Source: the human T2T-CHM13v2.0 reference genome, Homo sapiens | Reading direction: 5' to 3' (one strand) | DNA: 64,000 nt | NCBI RefSeq assembly: GCF_009914755.1 | Contig: NC_060927.1 | Shown: piece after piece, positions 14,602-27,040 of the stretch | Layout of the letters: each line of letters opens with the position of its first letter | Position numbering within the stretch: position 1 is the stretch's first letter | Notes under the pieces: model-generated | What the model saw: only the letters and a program-made list of their open reading frames with translations | Told to the model about the DNA's origin: nothing | The model's database searches: none | Program-made: the position numbers and the translations under genes

Positions 14602-15090
14602 TGTAGGGTCCCCTCAATCTCCTCCCCATCCCCAGCCTGCTTGCTTTCTGTATCCTGACCGAAAATCACAAGAGTGACTTGAGCATTTTGTGACCCAGAC
14701 AGGTGCAGGTTTTTTCCAGTCAGCTTGAACCCGAACTGGAGCCTTGAACATTCTTGGGTGCTGATAAAGATATCTAGGTTGTTCCCCAAAACATTAAAAG
14801 AAACTGTCCCCAGCCCTCAGCCAAATCCCTTAAAACCTCATATAAACTGTATACCCTGAAGTGCACTACTTGCTGTCATAACCAGGCAGAATACCCCTTT
14901 TCTCTTGCTGCCTGTCATGAGACCTAGTAGATGCTTTGGATTCATTACCATGAGTTCATTATCAAACAAAGTGCTTCTTTGGAATCCCAACTGGCCACAT
15001 CTTGGGGTGGCTTGGGACACTTCCTTGTGGGAACTCCCCTGCTTACCTCTTTTGGGGAGATTCCATCCACGGATTTGGTGGGAGGAAACA
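14602..15090 (+). mobile_element. Solo ERVL LTR, MER54-like, inserted in the L1MD 3' UTR
   Basis: TG...CA termini (TGTAGGGTCC...GGAGGAAACA); internal TCCTGACCGAAAATCACA, GCCTTGAACATTC, CTGATAAAGATATCTAGGTTG; host L1 3' UTR resumes exactly at 15091. Confidence 0.75.
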
Positions 15091-15934
15091 ATATTGTACT
15101 GTGGTTCTATGGGATGTTGTCACAGGAAAGGGCCTGAGGGAGGAGTGCGTGAGATTCCCCTGTGCATTTCTTTGCAAACTCCTGTGAATCTATAATTATT
15201 TACAAAACAAAAGTGATTTGCTTTTGATTTTAAGGTTATGAGTGGAACTGATGTTTGAATATGAGTTTCATTTGTCATCTTTGAAAACAGTCACAGTTTT
15301 CTTAGTCTTGGGTCCTAGAGTCCTTTTTATATAAAAAATATAAAATCTTAGCAACACAAGCTGAGGTTGTCACCAAATACTTACATTAAAAAAATCTTTC
15401 CAGGAAACTGATGTAATATAACTTTCACTTTTGCTTCCTTTTATCATCAAGACAAATCAACTGGATAGGGAAGGAGAAGGAGAACTGGTGGAGAAATGGG
15501 GAAAAATAAAATAAAAAAGGCCAGTAAAAATTAATACTAAGATGGACTTTTTTTTGAAATAATTGCCCAAATCTTTGGATTTGGAGTAATATTTTCTTTT
15601 TGTCTCAATGAAGCCAAAATTTGTGTCCATGTGACCATTTTATTTTTAATTATGTTTTAATTGTGTAATTTTTTGTTACTTTTCCCCAAAATCTTTAAAT
15701 TATGTGTCAATATATATTAAAGTCATGTTTCTTAATGCAAATAAATAAAATATCTAAGGAAAACTTAAGAATCCAGGTGAAATATATTTTAAAGACATAG
15801 GAAGTAGATATAGGAGTTCTAATAGTCTTACATTGAACTTCAATGAGCTTTTCTCTTACTCTTAATTCAACTTTTGCTTCTTGAATTTTAATATGTATTC
15901 TTCCCTTTCTTCCCAATGGGAAAGAACACAGAGT

Positions 15935-16100
15935 AGAGGTCAAAAAGTTAGAACACATGGTTCTAGCTCCGTCGTTTATTAGCTGTGTTGTCACTGCTTC
16001 ATTAGCTTCAGCTTCTTCATCAGTTTCATTTTGAGAATGAAGATGGGACTATAAAGCACTTTATAATGATGTAAAAACTTTAGAGCGCTATTAATAGTAG
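15935..16100 (+). mobile_element. MIR SINE (degraded)
   Basis: GGTTCTAGCTCCGTCGTTTATTAGCTGTGT...TCAGTTTCATTTTGAGAATGAAGATG. Confidence 0.55.
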
Positions 16101-16371
16101 CTTCTTATCTTCTAGTAAACTGGTCAGTGTGAAGAGAAAAGAGAACAACTGAAATATTCAGATTAAGCCAAAAATCACTGTTAAGGACTTCAATAAAAGA
16201 TCTCTGGGAGCCTAAAGATAAATCTGTGGCATGAAATTCTTCTTGTCTTATATAAGGGATACATGGCAAAAGGGTCTCAGAGCCTGGAATATTGCCTTTT
16301 CATAAAAGTTTTGTGAGTATTGATAAGATCAAATATATGTAGAGGACATACCACTGAAAAGAAAATTTAGA

Positions 16372-16686
16372 TATTGTTGTTTCTCGGTATCTGTAGGGGT
16401 TAGTTCCAGGACTTCCATGGATGCCAAAATCCGAAGATGCTCAGGTCCCTTACATGAAATGGCACAGTACAGTATTTGTATATAACCTAAGCACATCTTC
16501 TCATATACTTTAAATCATTTCTAGATTACTTATAATGCCTAATACAAAGTAAATGCTATATAGATAGTTGTTATTCTGTATTTTTTATTTGTATTATTTT
16601 ATTGTTGTATTTTTTATTCATTTTTTTTCTATTCATGGTTGGTTGAATCCTCAGATGTGGAATATGTGTATACAGAGAGCTGGCTA
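16372..16686 (+). mobile_element. MER2 (TcMar-Tigger MITE), near full length
   Basis: CTCGGTATCTGTAGGGGTTAGTTCCAGGAC...GATGCTCAGGTCCCTTAC...CTTTAAATCATTTCTAGATTACTTATAATGCCTAATAC...GGTTGGTTGAATCC. Confidence 0.9.
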
Positions 16687-16708
16687 ATAATGTTTAAAAT
16701 ATGGTTTT

Positions 16709-17093
16709 TAATATAGTTTGACTCTCTGTCCCCACTGAAATCTCAAGTCAAATTGTAATCCTTGCATGTCGAAGGTAGAGCCTGGTTGGAGGTGATTGGA
16801 TCATGGAGGTGGTATCTAACGGTTTGGCATCATCCCCCTAGTGCTGCCTCATGATAGAGTCTCATGAGATCTGTTAAGATCTGATGGTTTAAAAGTGTGT
16901 GGCAATTCCTCTGTCTCTTTCTCTTTCTCTCTCTTGTCGCCATGATAAGACATGTCTTGCTTCCCTTTCACCTTCTACCATGACTGTAAGTTTCCTGAGG
17001 CCTCTCCAGCCATCCATGCAGACATGTAAGTTAATTAAGCCTCCTTTCTTCATAAATTACTCAGTCTTAGGAGTGTGAGAATGGACTAGTACA
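16709..17093 (+). mobile_element. Solo MaLR LTR (THE1D/MSTA-type)
   Basis: TAATATAGTTTGACTCTCTGTCCCCAC...GGAGGTGATTGGATCATGG...GTAAGTTTCCTGAGGCCTCTCCAGCC...GAGAATGGACTAGTACA; exact 5-bp TSD GTTTT (16704-16708, 17094-17098). Confidence 0.92.
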
Positions 17094-18399
17094 GTTTTGA
17101 AAACATGACTAACGAACAACAAGATGATTAAGAATAGGAAGATATGAAATACATGCACTATGTTACATGTTCTGAATCTGTGTCTTAATTAATAGTTTTA
17201 TATGAACTACTTGCTGTAAGTTGGACATCAGTAATATATTTCCTTTGTAATTCATTGATTTTATTTGTTTTGAACTATTTGGGTTCTGAATTTTCCTTTG
17301 AGGACTTGCTAACTGCCGTGCATAAGAAACCACCATGTGTACAAAGCACAGTTTACCCTTAGGTGCCATGCCTGCACTTTGATTTTCCTACTCTATTAGT
17401 ACAAAATAGTAATCAAGTGAATTACCCTTTCAAACCCAGAAGTAGCAAAACATTGAACCAGACCTTAATGAAAGATAAATGGTGAGATGTAAAATATTCC
17501 ACAGCAAAGAACTTAGTGCAATGAACAGTTTCAGAATAAGGAAAGGAATAATTTTGTGAGTCAAAACCACAGGTGAACAGTAGCTACTGTGTGCTGCGGT
17601 TCCAGTGAGAGACAAAAGAATCACCAGTCTCACAGATCAGCCAGAACTATGACATAGGTGGCTCAGAGTCTGACAGGGCCAAGACCCAGCACTGGTCCAA
17701 TGGTACAAAATGGCTGACACAATTTGCCAGGTAGAAGAGATCACAGCCATCATCTTAGAGAACTCAGATAGTAATTTACTAAAATAGGCCATTTAGAGAA
17801 ATGGAACCAGGATAGGCCATTTCCCAGAAATGAATGGCATGGCCTTTCTCTGTGTGGCTTTGCAAAAGAATAGTCTGAAAAGTTAGAGGATGTTGGAGGA
17901 AGACCCTGAAACAGCCAAAAGGTCATGAAAATTGAAAGACAGGTGATGGGGAAAAGATTTGAGAATCTTAGTTTTCACAGAGGCAGCAGGAGGCATTAGA
18001 GCAATTCTAAGGCTTGCAGCATGTGGCATATAGAGTCTCCTCTTATTGGCAAAGGATTATTTAAAAGTTAATAAAATAAAATTAGTCATCTAATATCATT
18101 TTGCTTGATAGAAAAGAATTTAGACTTGAGGTAGTCAATTGATTCTGGTACTAGGACCCCAGGTATAAGGTAGCCCCAAGTTTGTCTTTGCTGACTTCCT
18201 CCCTTGTGCCAGACCCTTCCTCAGATCCCTGTAACAAACCTGTGGAAAAGAGAAGACGTAAAATATTTCTTCTACATAAATTTTCTTTTTCTCCTCTGGC
18301 TGACGTGAGAGATTTTCACTGGAGAGCCCTGTGCACAAGTCCAAAGATTCAATATAGATTCTTAGTGGAGAATGAGAAAGCTTATTGCTGCTTTATGAT

Positions 18400-18670
18400 A
18401 CCTTCACAAGGCCATCTCTAATCTTGTTCAGTCTGTTCCCTCTGCCTGGAATGATGTTGCCTTCCTCGCCTTGTTCACATTCTCCTTACACTTCAATACC
18501 TACCTCAATCATATCTTTTCCCCTGTGAAGTTAACTCTAATCTTTATCCTTTTCCCACTCAAGGAATACGTTGTACTTTCTGGTATTCCCTTGGTAATTT
18601 ATTCATGCAAGAGCATTTTTGCTCTTATTATTGTATATTATTTCTACCTGGCTCTCTTCCCCACCTGAAC
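18400..18670 (+). mobile_element. L2 3' fragment
   Basis: CTGTTCCCTCTGCCTGGAATG...CTCAATCATATCTTTTCCCCTGTGAAG. Confidence 0.6.
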
Positions 18671-18689
18671 AGAAGAATAAGCTCTGGCA

Positions 18690-18916
18690 ATAAAATTAGA
18701 GTAAAAATCTTGACTTGGTCACTTCATAGATTAATAATCTAAGACAAATCACTTACTAACCCTTTTGTGCCTCAGTGTCTTTAAGTATAACGTGGGAACA
18801 ATAATAACAATGATAAATATGACATAGGGTTATTGAAAATATAATATAAGCAGTACAATTAAAGTACTCCCCAAATGTCTGGTATGTAGTAAGTGCTCAA
18901 TAAATGTCAGCTATTG
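18690..18916 (+). mobile_element. MIR SINE
   Basis: ACAAATCACTTAC...TGTGCCTCAGTGTC and tail TGTCTGGTATGTAGTAAGTGCTCAATAAATGTCAGCTATT. Confidence 0.8.
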
Positions 18917-20309
18917 GTATATTTATTATTTCCTTTAAGGATCTCCAGATTTTCACAGTTATTGACAAATAATACGTCCTCAACAATGTTTGTTTATGAC
19001 TGAGGCATACTAATCCTCTAGTAAATATAGTCACTTGATTAATGCATCTTTGGTGAGACAGAAGAACAATGGGCTTCTCTGATTGGTCAGCACTATATTG
19101 TGGATCACTTATATTCTGAAAAATTTGGAATCCATATTTGAAAACTAATAAAAGGTGAGACAAACAGCACAATTTTAAGGCAGTAAGAGATTGTGCCCCA
19201 TGTTCCTTTGCCATAACAGGGGCATATGAAGCCATGAATCTGAAGATGTAGCTGGGATCAGAGTTTAGGCATAAGATTAAATGCTAGCATCTCCCTAAGT
19301 TTAGAATAAACAAATACATTGGCACAGGAATCCTGAGAATCAAGCTGGATATGGACCGGGTATGGGCCAGATGCTGACATCCAGAAGATGAAACAGTCAG
19401 AAAAGTGTGAGTTAAAGCAGCATTAGACTTTCTAGGCTGAAGAGCTCAGGTTGAGCTTTGAGATAAAAAGTAAGAAGATAAAATTTTAGCGGAGAACCTA
19501 AAAATAGGGATGCAATAGGCCGGGACACAGAAATGTGGTTTGAATCTTCAAGCTTAGCAATGCTCACTGGCTGTCTCCCCTGGCTCTAAACAGTCTCCCT
19601 GTTGTGTGCAGATAAGAAACGGCAGGTATAAGCTGCTTTCAGGAAGAAAGGGAAGGTTTTTGAAATGCCAGTGCCTGCAGGGAAGGTGCTTCTCACCAGC
19701 TAACTAACAACTGATTTTAAGTACCCAAAGCTAATGAAGGATCCCTAAGGGCAAAGACACACTGTACTAAAATGCTAAACCAAGGATTAAGTTCAAACAT
19801 TCTAGGTAAATTTACCTTTAAAGTCAAGATGCTTACATGAATTTGTTCAATCATGCCTTCATTTTCACGATTCTTTCTTAAGACAGAGTCTTCTAAATTT
19901 CAATCTGTATTCAATTTATTTACTCAAGTTTCTATTCTTCGTTGCCCTCCTCTTCCTATTTTGTTTGTGTTATGCAACTGAGGTTACTTTTTTGTAAAAT
20001 CATATTAGTGAATGTCTAGCGTAAAGAGATAACTATTTTTTTTTCTCCTTATCGCTTCACTCATATTATGGAAACTTCCCATATGCTCTTCTTAACGTCT
20101 TATTCCGCAACTCATGATGCTTGAGGAGTGAGTCATATGAACGACCTATCTGCTCATAGTCACCTGATCCAATAAATGAGATTCTCTTTCCTCGGATTTT
20201 GTAATTGATTTAGAGACTCTTGTTACTTCCTGTGGAACCCGTGGATTGGAAGGTTATCTAGGCTGCTGCAGAACTCTTCCACCCTGTGCACAGAGAAGTA
20301 CATAAAGTG

Positions 20310-20520
20310 GTAAGTGAAATATTTTTGGTTGCAAAATAGAAACCAGACATATTAATTTAAGCAAAAGAGAACACATTGCTTCACCTAACTGAATAATCCA
20401 GTAGTCTCAAGAATAGCTAGATCAGGGTGTTTACGCATAGCTGTTAAAAACTTTTCACCTCTCAGTTCTGCTTTGTTTCTATTTGCCCTATTCTTTTTCT
20501 GGAAAAATGGCCCACACAGA
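20310..20520 (-). mobile_element. Old MLT1 (K/L-like) LTR fragment
   Basis: TTTTGGTTGCAAAATAGAAACC...TTAAGCAAAAGAG...CTCTCAGTTCTGCTTT resembles the antisense MLT1K/L 3' end. Confidence 0.45.
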
Positions 20521-20549
20521 TACCGTTTAAGTGATTTTTAAACCTTTGT

Positions 20550-23500
20550 TCTGAGAAAAAAGTGAGATTTCTTGTATCTAGAATATTTAAAGAACATTTA
20601 AAACTAACAATAACACAATTTTAAAAGACGAGGTTTGAACATCACACCAAAGAAGATACATAGATTGCAAATGAGCCCATAAACAAGTTCAATATAATTA
20701 GTCGTTAAACCCAATATTATAGTTAAAATTAACAAGATAGACCATACCCGGTATTGGAAAGAATGTGGAAAAACAGAAAGTGTGGCATTTTGAAAAGTTT
20801 AACAAAATTGAATAAACTATTAAGAAGACTCAGCCAAAAATAAATACATAGAAAAGAAAATAAATCACAAATGTGAGAGGGACTGTTACAATAGGTCATA
20901 TAGAAATTTTAAAAACATAAAAAGTAATATTATGAAACTTTTTCTGCAGATAAGTTTATCAACTTGAATGAAGTGGATAGTTTCTAGAAACATGCAGCTA
21001 TCAAAATTGAATAAATAGGAAATCTGCATAGCTATATATGTTTTTTAAAAAATGAGTTGATAATCAAAATTCCTCTCACAAAGGAAACATCAGACCCAGT
21101 TGGTTATAAGCTGTATCAAAATTTTAAGAAATAGTACAGTTTTTATAAAAGCTTTTTCAGAAACTAGAAAGGGAACTAACAAATTCCACCTTATGGATTC
21201 AGAATAACCCTCATAAGAAAACATGACAAAACATTATAAGAAAAAAAATTACAGGATAGTGTTTCTTATGACTAAGTGGGATTTATTGCAGGAAAGCAAA
21301 TTTGGTTTAATGATTTACACACACACACACACATCAGGCACAGTGGCATGCACCTGTAATCCCATCTACTTGCGATGGATGAGATGGGAGGGTTGAGGAT
21401 CACTTGAACTCACAAGAATCCTATCTCAAAAACAAAACAAAACAAAACAAGCAAAGTGATTTTTGTCCTTTAAGTAATAAAAATATATAAATTGTAATTT
21501 TAAAATTTGAAGAAAAAGAAGTTAACATAATTCAGCACTCATTCATGATGAAAAAAATAGCATGTAACTATGAACAGAAGGGGCCTTTTTGTTTGGGAAA
21601 AAATCTACTAAAATCTACTGATAACATTTTCCTTAATGGTGAAATATTGAATGCTTCCCCCCAAGATTGGAAACAAGTCAAGAATGTCAATTCTCACCAC
21701 TTTTATTGGACATTGTACTGGAAGCTTCAGCTAGTGCAATAATATATGAAAAAGAAATAAAATCCATATGCACTGGAAGGAAAAATGTGAATTGTTTTTT
21801 ATTTGTAGATGATGTAACTGTATTTTGAACATCATGAGGTATATACATCACAAATACTAGAAATAGTAAGTGACTTTAACATGGTTGCATAATACAAGAT
21901 CGATATATAATAATTAATTGCCTTTACATATAAAGGCAGCATACAATTAGAAAGTAGAATTCAAAAAGCTGTTTCATTTATAATTACATCAAAAGCATTA
22001 AATAATTAAGTGTAAATTTAATGAAATATATGTACATATAAACTGAAAAGTAAACACATTAGTGAGACATATTAGAGTCCTATGTAAAGGGAAATGCATT
22101 GGGGGAATAGATTTATTCACTCAATATAGTTAGGATGTAAATTCTCTTCAGATTGGTGAATATATTTTATACAAATCCAATCAGAATCTCAAGACTTTTT
22201 CATAGCAATTGACAAGCTGGTTCTAAATTTATTTGAAAAAGCAAAGAATCTAGAAAACTAACAATATCATTAACAAAGGAAAATGAAGATAAAAGGACTG
22301 ACAATACCTAATTTGAAAACATTGTATAAAGCTACAGTAATCAACACAGTAAGATCATGGAATCAAATTGACAAATATGTCGCTAAACAGAATAGAGAGT
22401 CCCCAAATAGACCCACATATATATGGTAAATAGTTATTTGATAAAAATCCTAGGCAATTAAATATGGAAAGAAAAGGATTCTCAAAAACTTGTGCTAGAT
22501 CAGCTGTATATCCATAAGGGGAAAAAAATGAACCTCCACTTTTTTTGTAGTACCAACAAAAGCTAATTTAGGTTGATTACATACTTTGTGGGTGGACAAA
22601 TGAAATAGCCTGACCTCCTTGGAAACTATTTGGAAAATATTTGTCAGTTGCTCATATAGTTAAAGCATAAAAACTAAAAATAAAAAACCTCTAAAAGAAA
22701 GTATTGAGGAATACATTCACAGTCTTGGGGCAGGCAGATATTTCTTAGAGAACACACAGAAAGCACTAACTCAAAAAAAATAAATTTGTCTTCATCAAAC
22801 TTAAAAACATCTCTTTGCTTTATACCATTATTACAAAGCCAAAAAGGTATGCCACAATCTGGGGTAGAATTTTCACAATAAATACTTCTGAAAATCTAAT
22901 TATATCCAGAATATATAAAGAACTTCTACCTACAAATCTAAAGGAGAAAAATAATATGAAAATAGGAAAAAGGCTTTTAGAGACATTTAACAAAAGATAT
23001 TAAAATGGCCAATAAGCACATGATATGTTGCTAGTGAAATACAAAAGTAAACTCACAATGAGATGCCACTATACACATTTTAAAGTGGCTAAAATTTTAA
23101 AAGCTGACAATATCAATACTGGCAAGCATGTGGTGTGACTAAAACTATTATACATTATTGGCGCAAATATAAAATCATACAGCCGTTTTGAAAACTGTTT
23201 TGGCTGTTTCTTGTATCGTTAAATATTCATCTGTCCTTACAATCAAGCAATTTCCTTTCTAAGTTTTTATCCAAGAATATTGAGGACATGTCCTCAGAAA
23301 GACCTGTACAAGATGTTCAGAGCGGCTTTACTCACAATAATTTAAAAAACTGGAAGTATAATTCAAATGTCTATTAATAGTTGAATGTATAAACAAATGG
23401 TGAAGTAGTCATATAAATGGATACTACCTTGCAATAAAAGAGAATTTAACTACTGATGTGTGCAACAACATGGATGTATTTAAAAAATATTAAACAAAAG

Positions 23501-23760
23501 AAGCCAGACACACAAAAGCATACTATTATCTATTCATTTAAAGCTCAACCACAGGCAAAACTAATTTATAATCATAGAAGTCAGAAAGTGGTTGTCTGAA
23601 TGGTGGAACTGACTGGAGAGAAGCAAGAAGAAATATGTTGGGTTGTAAAAATATCCTATTTTAAGTGTGAATATATAGGTCTATGCAACTGTCAAAACTT
23701 ACAGAGGTAGACAAATATGTGTTTCATTGTTTGTGAAGTATTCTTTCATTTTTTAAAAGT
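20550..23760 (+). mobile_element. L1ME-type LINE: fragmented ORF2 and 3' UTR
   Basis: ORF2 remnants (AATGGTGAAATATTGAATGCTTCCCCCCAAGATTGGAAACAAG; CAGAATAGAGAGTCCCCAAATAGACCCACATATATATGG) and L1ME1-like 3' UTR (AAAAGAAGCCAGACAC...ACAGGCAAAACTAAT...TAGAAGTCAGAAAGTGGTT). Confidence 0.8.
21335..21452 (+). mobile_element. Alu monomer fragment (FLAM/FRAM-like) preceded by (CA)n with (CAAAA)n tail
   Basis: CAGGCACAGTGGCATGCACCTGTAATCCCATCTACTTG...GAGGATCACTTGAACTC...CCTATCTCAAAAACAAAACAAAAC. Confidence 0.75.
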
Positions 23761-24589
23761 GAGATATATTTCAACACCAGAATTAACAAAAGAAAACAAT
23801 CATCAGGACTGAACTAAAGCCAATTATCTTTCCATTTGTTTTTGTGTTGAAACTTTTGAGCAGCTTGGAATAACTGGCCTGAATTGCAGGTTGTTATACT
23901 GGAATTTTGTTTTTCCTTCTGCTTTTTGACAGTATGAACTTGGGCTAACGTCTTTATCTTTTTTGACTTTAAACTTTGAAATGAATAAATTAGTTTAAAT
24001 ACTCTGTATGTTTCCTTCAAATGTAGAGAAATGCATTTTAGATATATGCTGAATGTTCAGTCCCATTCAGTCATATGACACTTAGCCAAGTATCTTACTA
24101 CTGGCACATCACTCATCATCCAGGCATTTGTTATTTTAGTCCAGCACTGTATCTGTACCAAACCAACAAACATCACAAATTATTGACCATCGAGATAGAA
24201 CCTTAGAATTGTCTTTGGCTAAGAAGATACATAGATGATCCAGGAAATTATTGACATGGGAGCTCTTATTTACATTTCCTTTTCGTGACGGGACAGTTAA
24301 GAAACAGAAATAACAAGGTGTCCCTAGGTGCAGAGTTGAGCTCTTCCTATACTATATATTGAAATTCTTTCTTGCAGAGGCATTTAGTCATAGGAAAAAG
24401 GAATGTGACTCTGTAGCTTGTTTTGAGTTTTACAAAGAAATTGGAGTAGCTGTTTAGAGTTCCAGTCTTAGTTCTGTGACTTTGAATGAGTCACTTAAAA
24501 ATAAGCCACTAGGCTTTATTTTTATTGTCTTCAAAATAAAGAAGTTTTCCTGGAGGATATCCAAAATTCATTACAGGTGTAACAAGTCC

Positions 24590-25530
24590 TCTGTAAGAGT
24601 CTCTGCACTTCGAATCCATCCTTAACATTCTGAGATAATTTTTTTTCTAAAATGTCAAACTAATTTTCTACTCCTCAGGTTAAATCTTTTATTGAGTTCC
24701 CATTATACCAATGTACCATGCAGAGTTTTGCACCTGCACATATTACCTGTCTTATCTTCAATTATATATCCACCTGCAGTCTTTTTGAACCATTAAGCAT
24801 TAGGTGTAGTTCCTCAAATGTACTAGAAAGTCAAAAGTTTCCTTTAGTTTGCTCATCAGTTCCTTCTGCCTGAGAAACTCATCTACAACTTAATGAATTT
24901 GCAGATTTCTATCTTCAAACCTCAGTTCAAAGTTTTTCCTTTAAAGAATCATTTGACCACTTGCTTCCCCTTCTCCCTAGCCATCCTCTTATCCAGCATC
25001 ATGTGGAGTTAGTAGTCCCTTCATCATGATCTATTTTCCAGAAAATTCCCACAGCTTTACACATCTTTGTTGAGAGACAAGACACCCTTCCCCTTACATT
25101 AAGCAAACACACCAAGAAGCTGAATTATTACTTGATAAGTACAATTATTAAAGTCACTTGATAACTATGCCTACGACACACTGAAAAAGCAGATTCAGTC
25201 TTCTCTAAGGTTATAAGAAGTTTGATACTTAGGGATTATCTGACTTTCGGAAGTAACAGAGTGTAGGGACTGGCTGACTTTCTTATGCATGGATTTTAAA
25301 AAGAGGCTATCACTAATGGGGTGGGATGAACACTGGTTCTGTGGTCATTTAAAATTTTGGACTAGCACCAATGAAAAGGTATTTTTAATTCCTAGCTTAA
25401 TCATAATACTTAACATTTTTTATACTAATCATTAATTTTTTTGTCTGTCTTCTCACTAGACTTAAACTCCTTCAAGGTAAGAATGCTGCCGGTTTCATCT
25501 TTGTATCTCAGAGGTGCTCAGAGATAAATA
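24590..25530 (+). mobile_element. L2 fragments, interrupted by an unassigned ~300-bp segment (about 25067-25375)
   Basis: TCAGTTCCTTCTGCCTGAGAAACTC...CTCAGTTCAAAGTT and later TGTCTGTCTTCTCACTAGACTTAAACTCCTTCAAGGTAAGAAT...CATCTTTGTATCTC. Confidence 0.6.
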
Positions 25531-27040
25531 TTTTAAAATATTGATACTAAAAGTTTAAAATGTAAAAAGTACATAATGTATCTACGTATGCCAAAGGAAA
25601 CACACAAATCTAGCCCTGATATAGTGGCCCTAACTCAGCTTATGAAAGTATTTATTAAGGTAGATAAAAACAAATGATATGAAGAGCATCGCTAAAAATT
25701 TAGTACTAGTTGTAAAATTCTGATATTGGCAATTTAGCAGATTTTTTTCTAATGCCTCCCTCACCCATTTAAAAATGCATTTCGAAGTTACACTATTCTA
25801 TGTTTAGTTATTTATCTATTATCTGTTTATCTCTGCTTATTATTCCTGTTGAGAATAGAGGTGATAGAGAAACAAAGAAGAGGCCCATAATTAGGGGACA
25901 GGCAGTCTAAGGATCAAGGAAGTGTTAGATTTCTTTCTTTTGTGTTTAGGAGTTTAAAATCAAGAAAAAGAAGTCAACCACAAGGAAGGGTGTGCAAGTT
26001 GCTTTGTCATCAGATGGTTTTCACTTGTGAAGATGTGAGAAAATGAAGGAATTCTACTTCCATTGGTGCCAGGGATGCTATTTGACATATCTTATTTGCA
26101 CAATCTCATATTTGCTAAAAACACCTTAATAGGTGTTTTCAGGACTGCCTGTGGAAGGTGATTTTCTTGGTGTCTCCTATCTGTAGAATGCTAACGGTTG
26201 AGATTTACCTGGAAAACAATATTGCTTAGAAATGCAGCAACACATCAACACAGAATCACTTAAATGGAAATAAGTGGTATGGCATTTTTGCAATGAGAGA
26301 TTATTTTTAATATGAAATAATGAGACTGAAGAAGTAGAGAACTGGACAGCTTATGTTGGCATTCAGTTTTACACCATTTATTTTGTTCTATTAACAGTAA
26401 CTTTCCTAAAAGGGATCATGCTTATTCTCTGTCACTTTTTCTACCTACCTAAATAGCAAATTTAGACTTAAGAATTTTATACTTATATGAAAATGCTAGT
26501 TAGGGAATTAGCCGTGTTACTATTGCAAAATAGTTTTCTCAATCATGTTCCAAGACACATGGTCATGAACTGCACTATAAGGAAGTAGCCCCTCAAGCAT
26601 CTTTGGCTTTATTTGAAAGAACCTTTGAAATTTGTAATAGATGAACTTGTCCCACTTCCCCTCAGGAGTTGTGATCCCACAAAATGGTGCCAGTAGGCAT
26701 TAGAAGGTATTCAGAGAGAACTTGATTTGGGACAACATTTTTGTACTAAAGCAGCAAGGTTCAGCAGACTCAATCTTTGCTTTAAAATTCAATGTAGTAT
26801 TGAACTTAAGTCTTGTTTTGTTGTGGGGAACATTTGTGTGGCTGGTGTTCAGTTCCAGACTGGGTCCAAATTTCTATATGGCTTTGGGGATTCTAGGATA
26901 GTAATGGTGGGCCATCAAGTATCCTATTTGCAATGAAAGCTCCATTAGATTTGCCTATCTGAAGCTTTAAGGAAGATTATGAGTCAAAATTTTCATATTA
27001 GGGCTTCAGGACATCCCTGAGAAGATAACACCTGAAACGT

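Noticed and set aside
17820-18000. L3/CR1 LINE fragment
   Set aside because: Only a vague resemblance; too diverged to support by eye.
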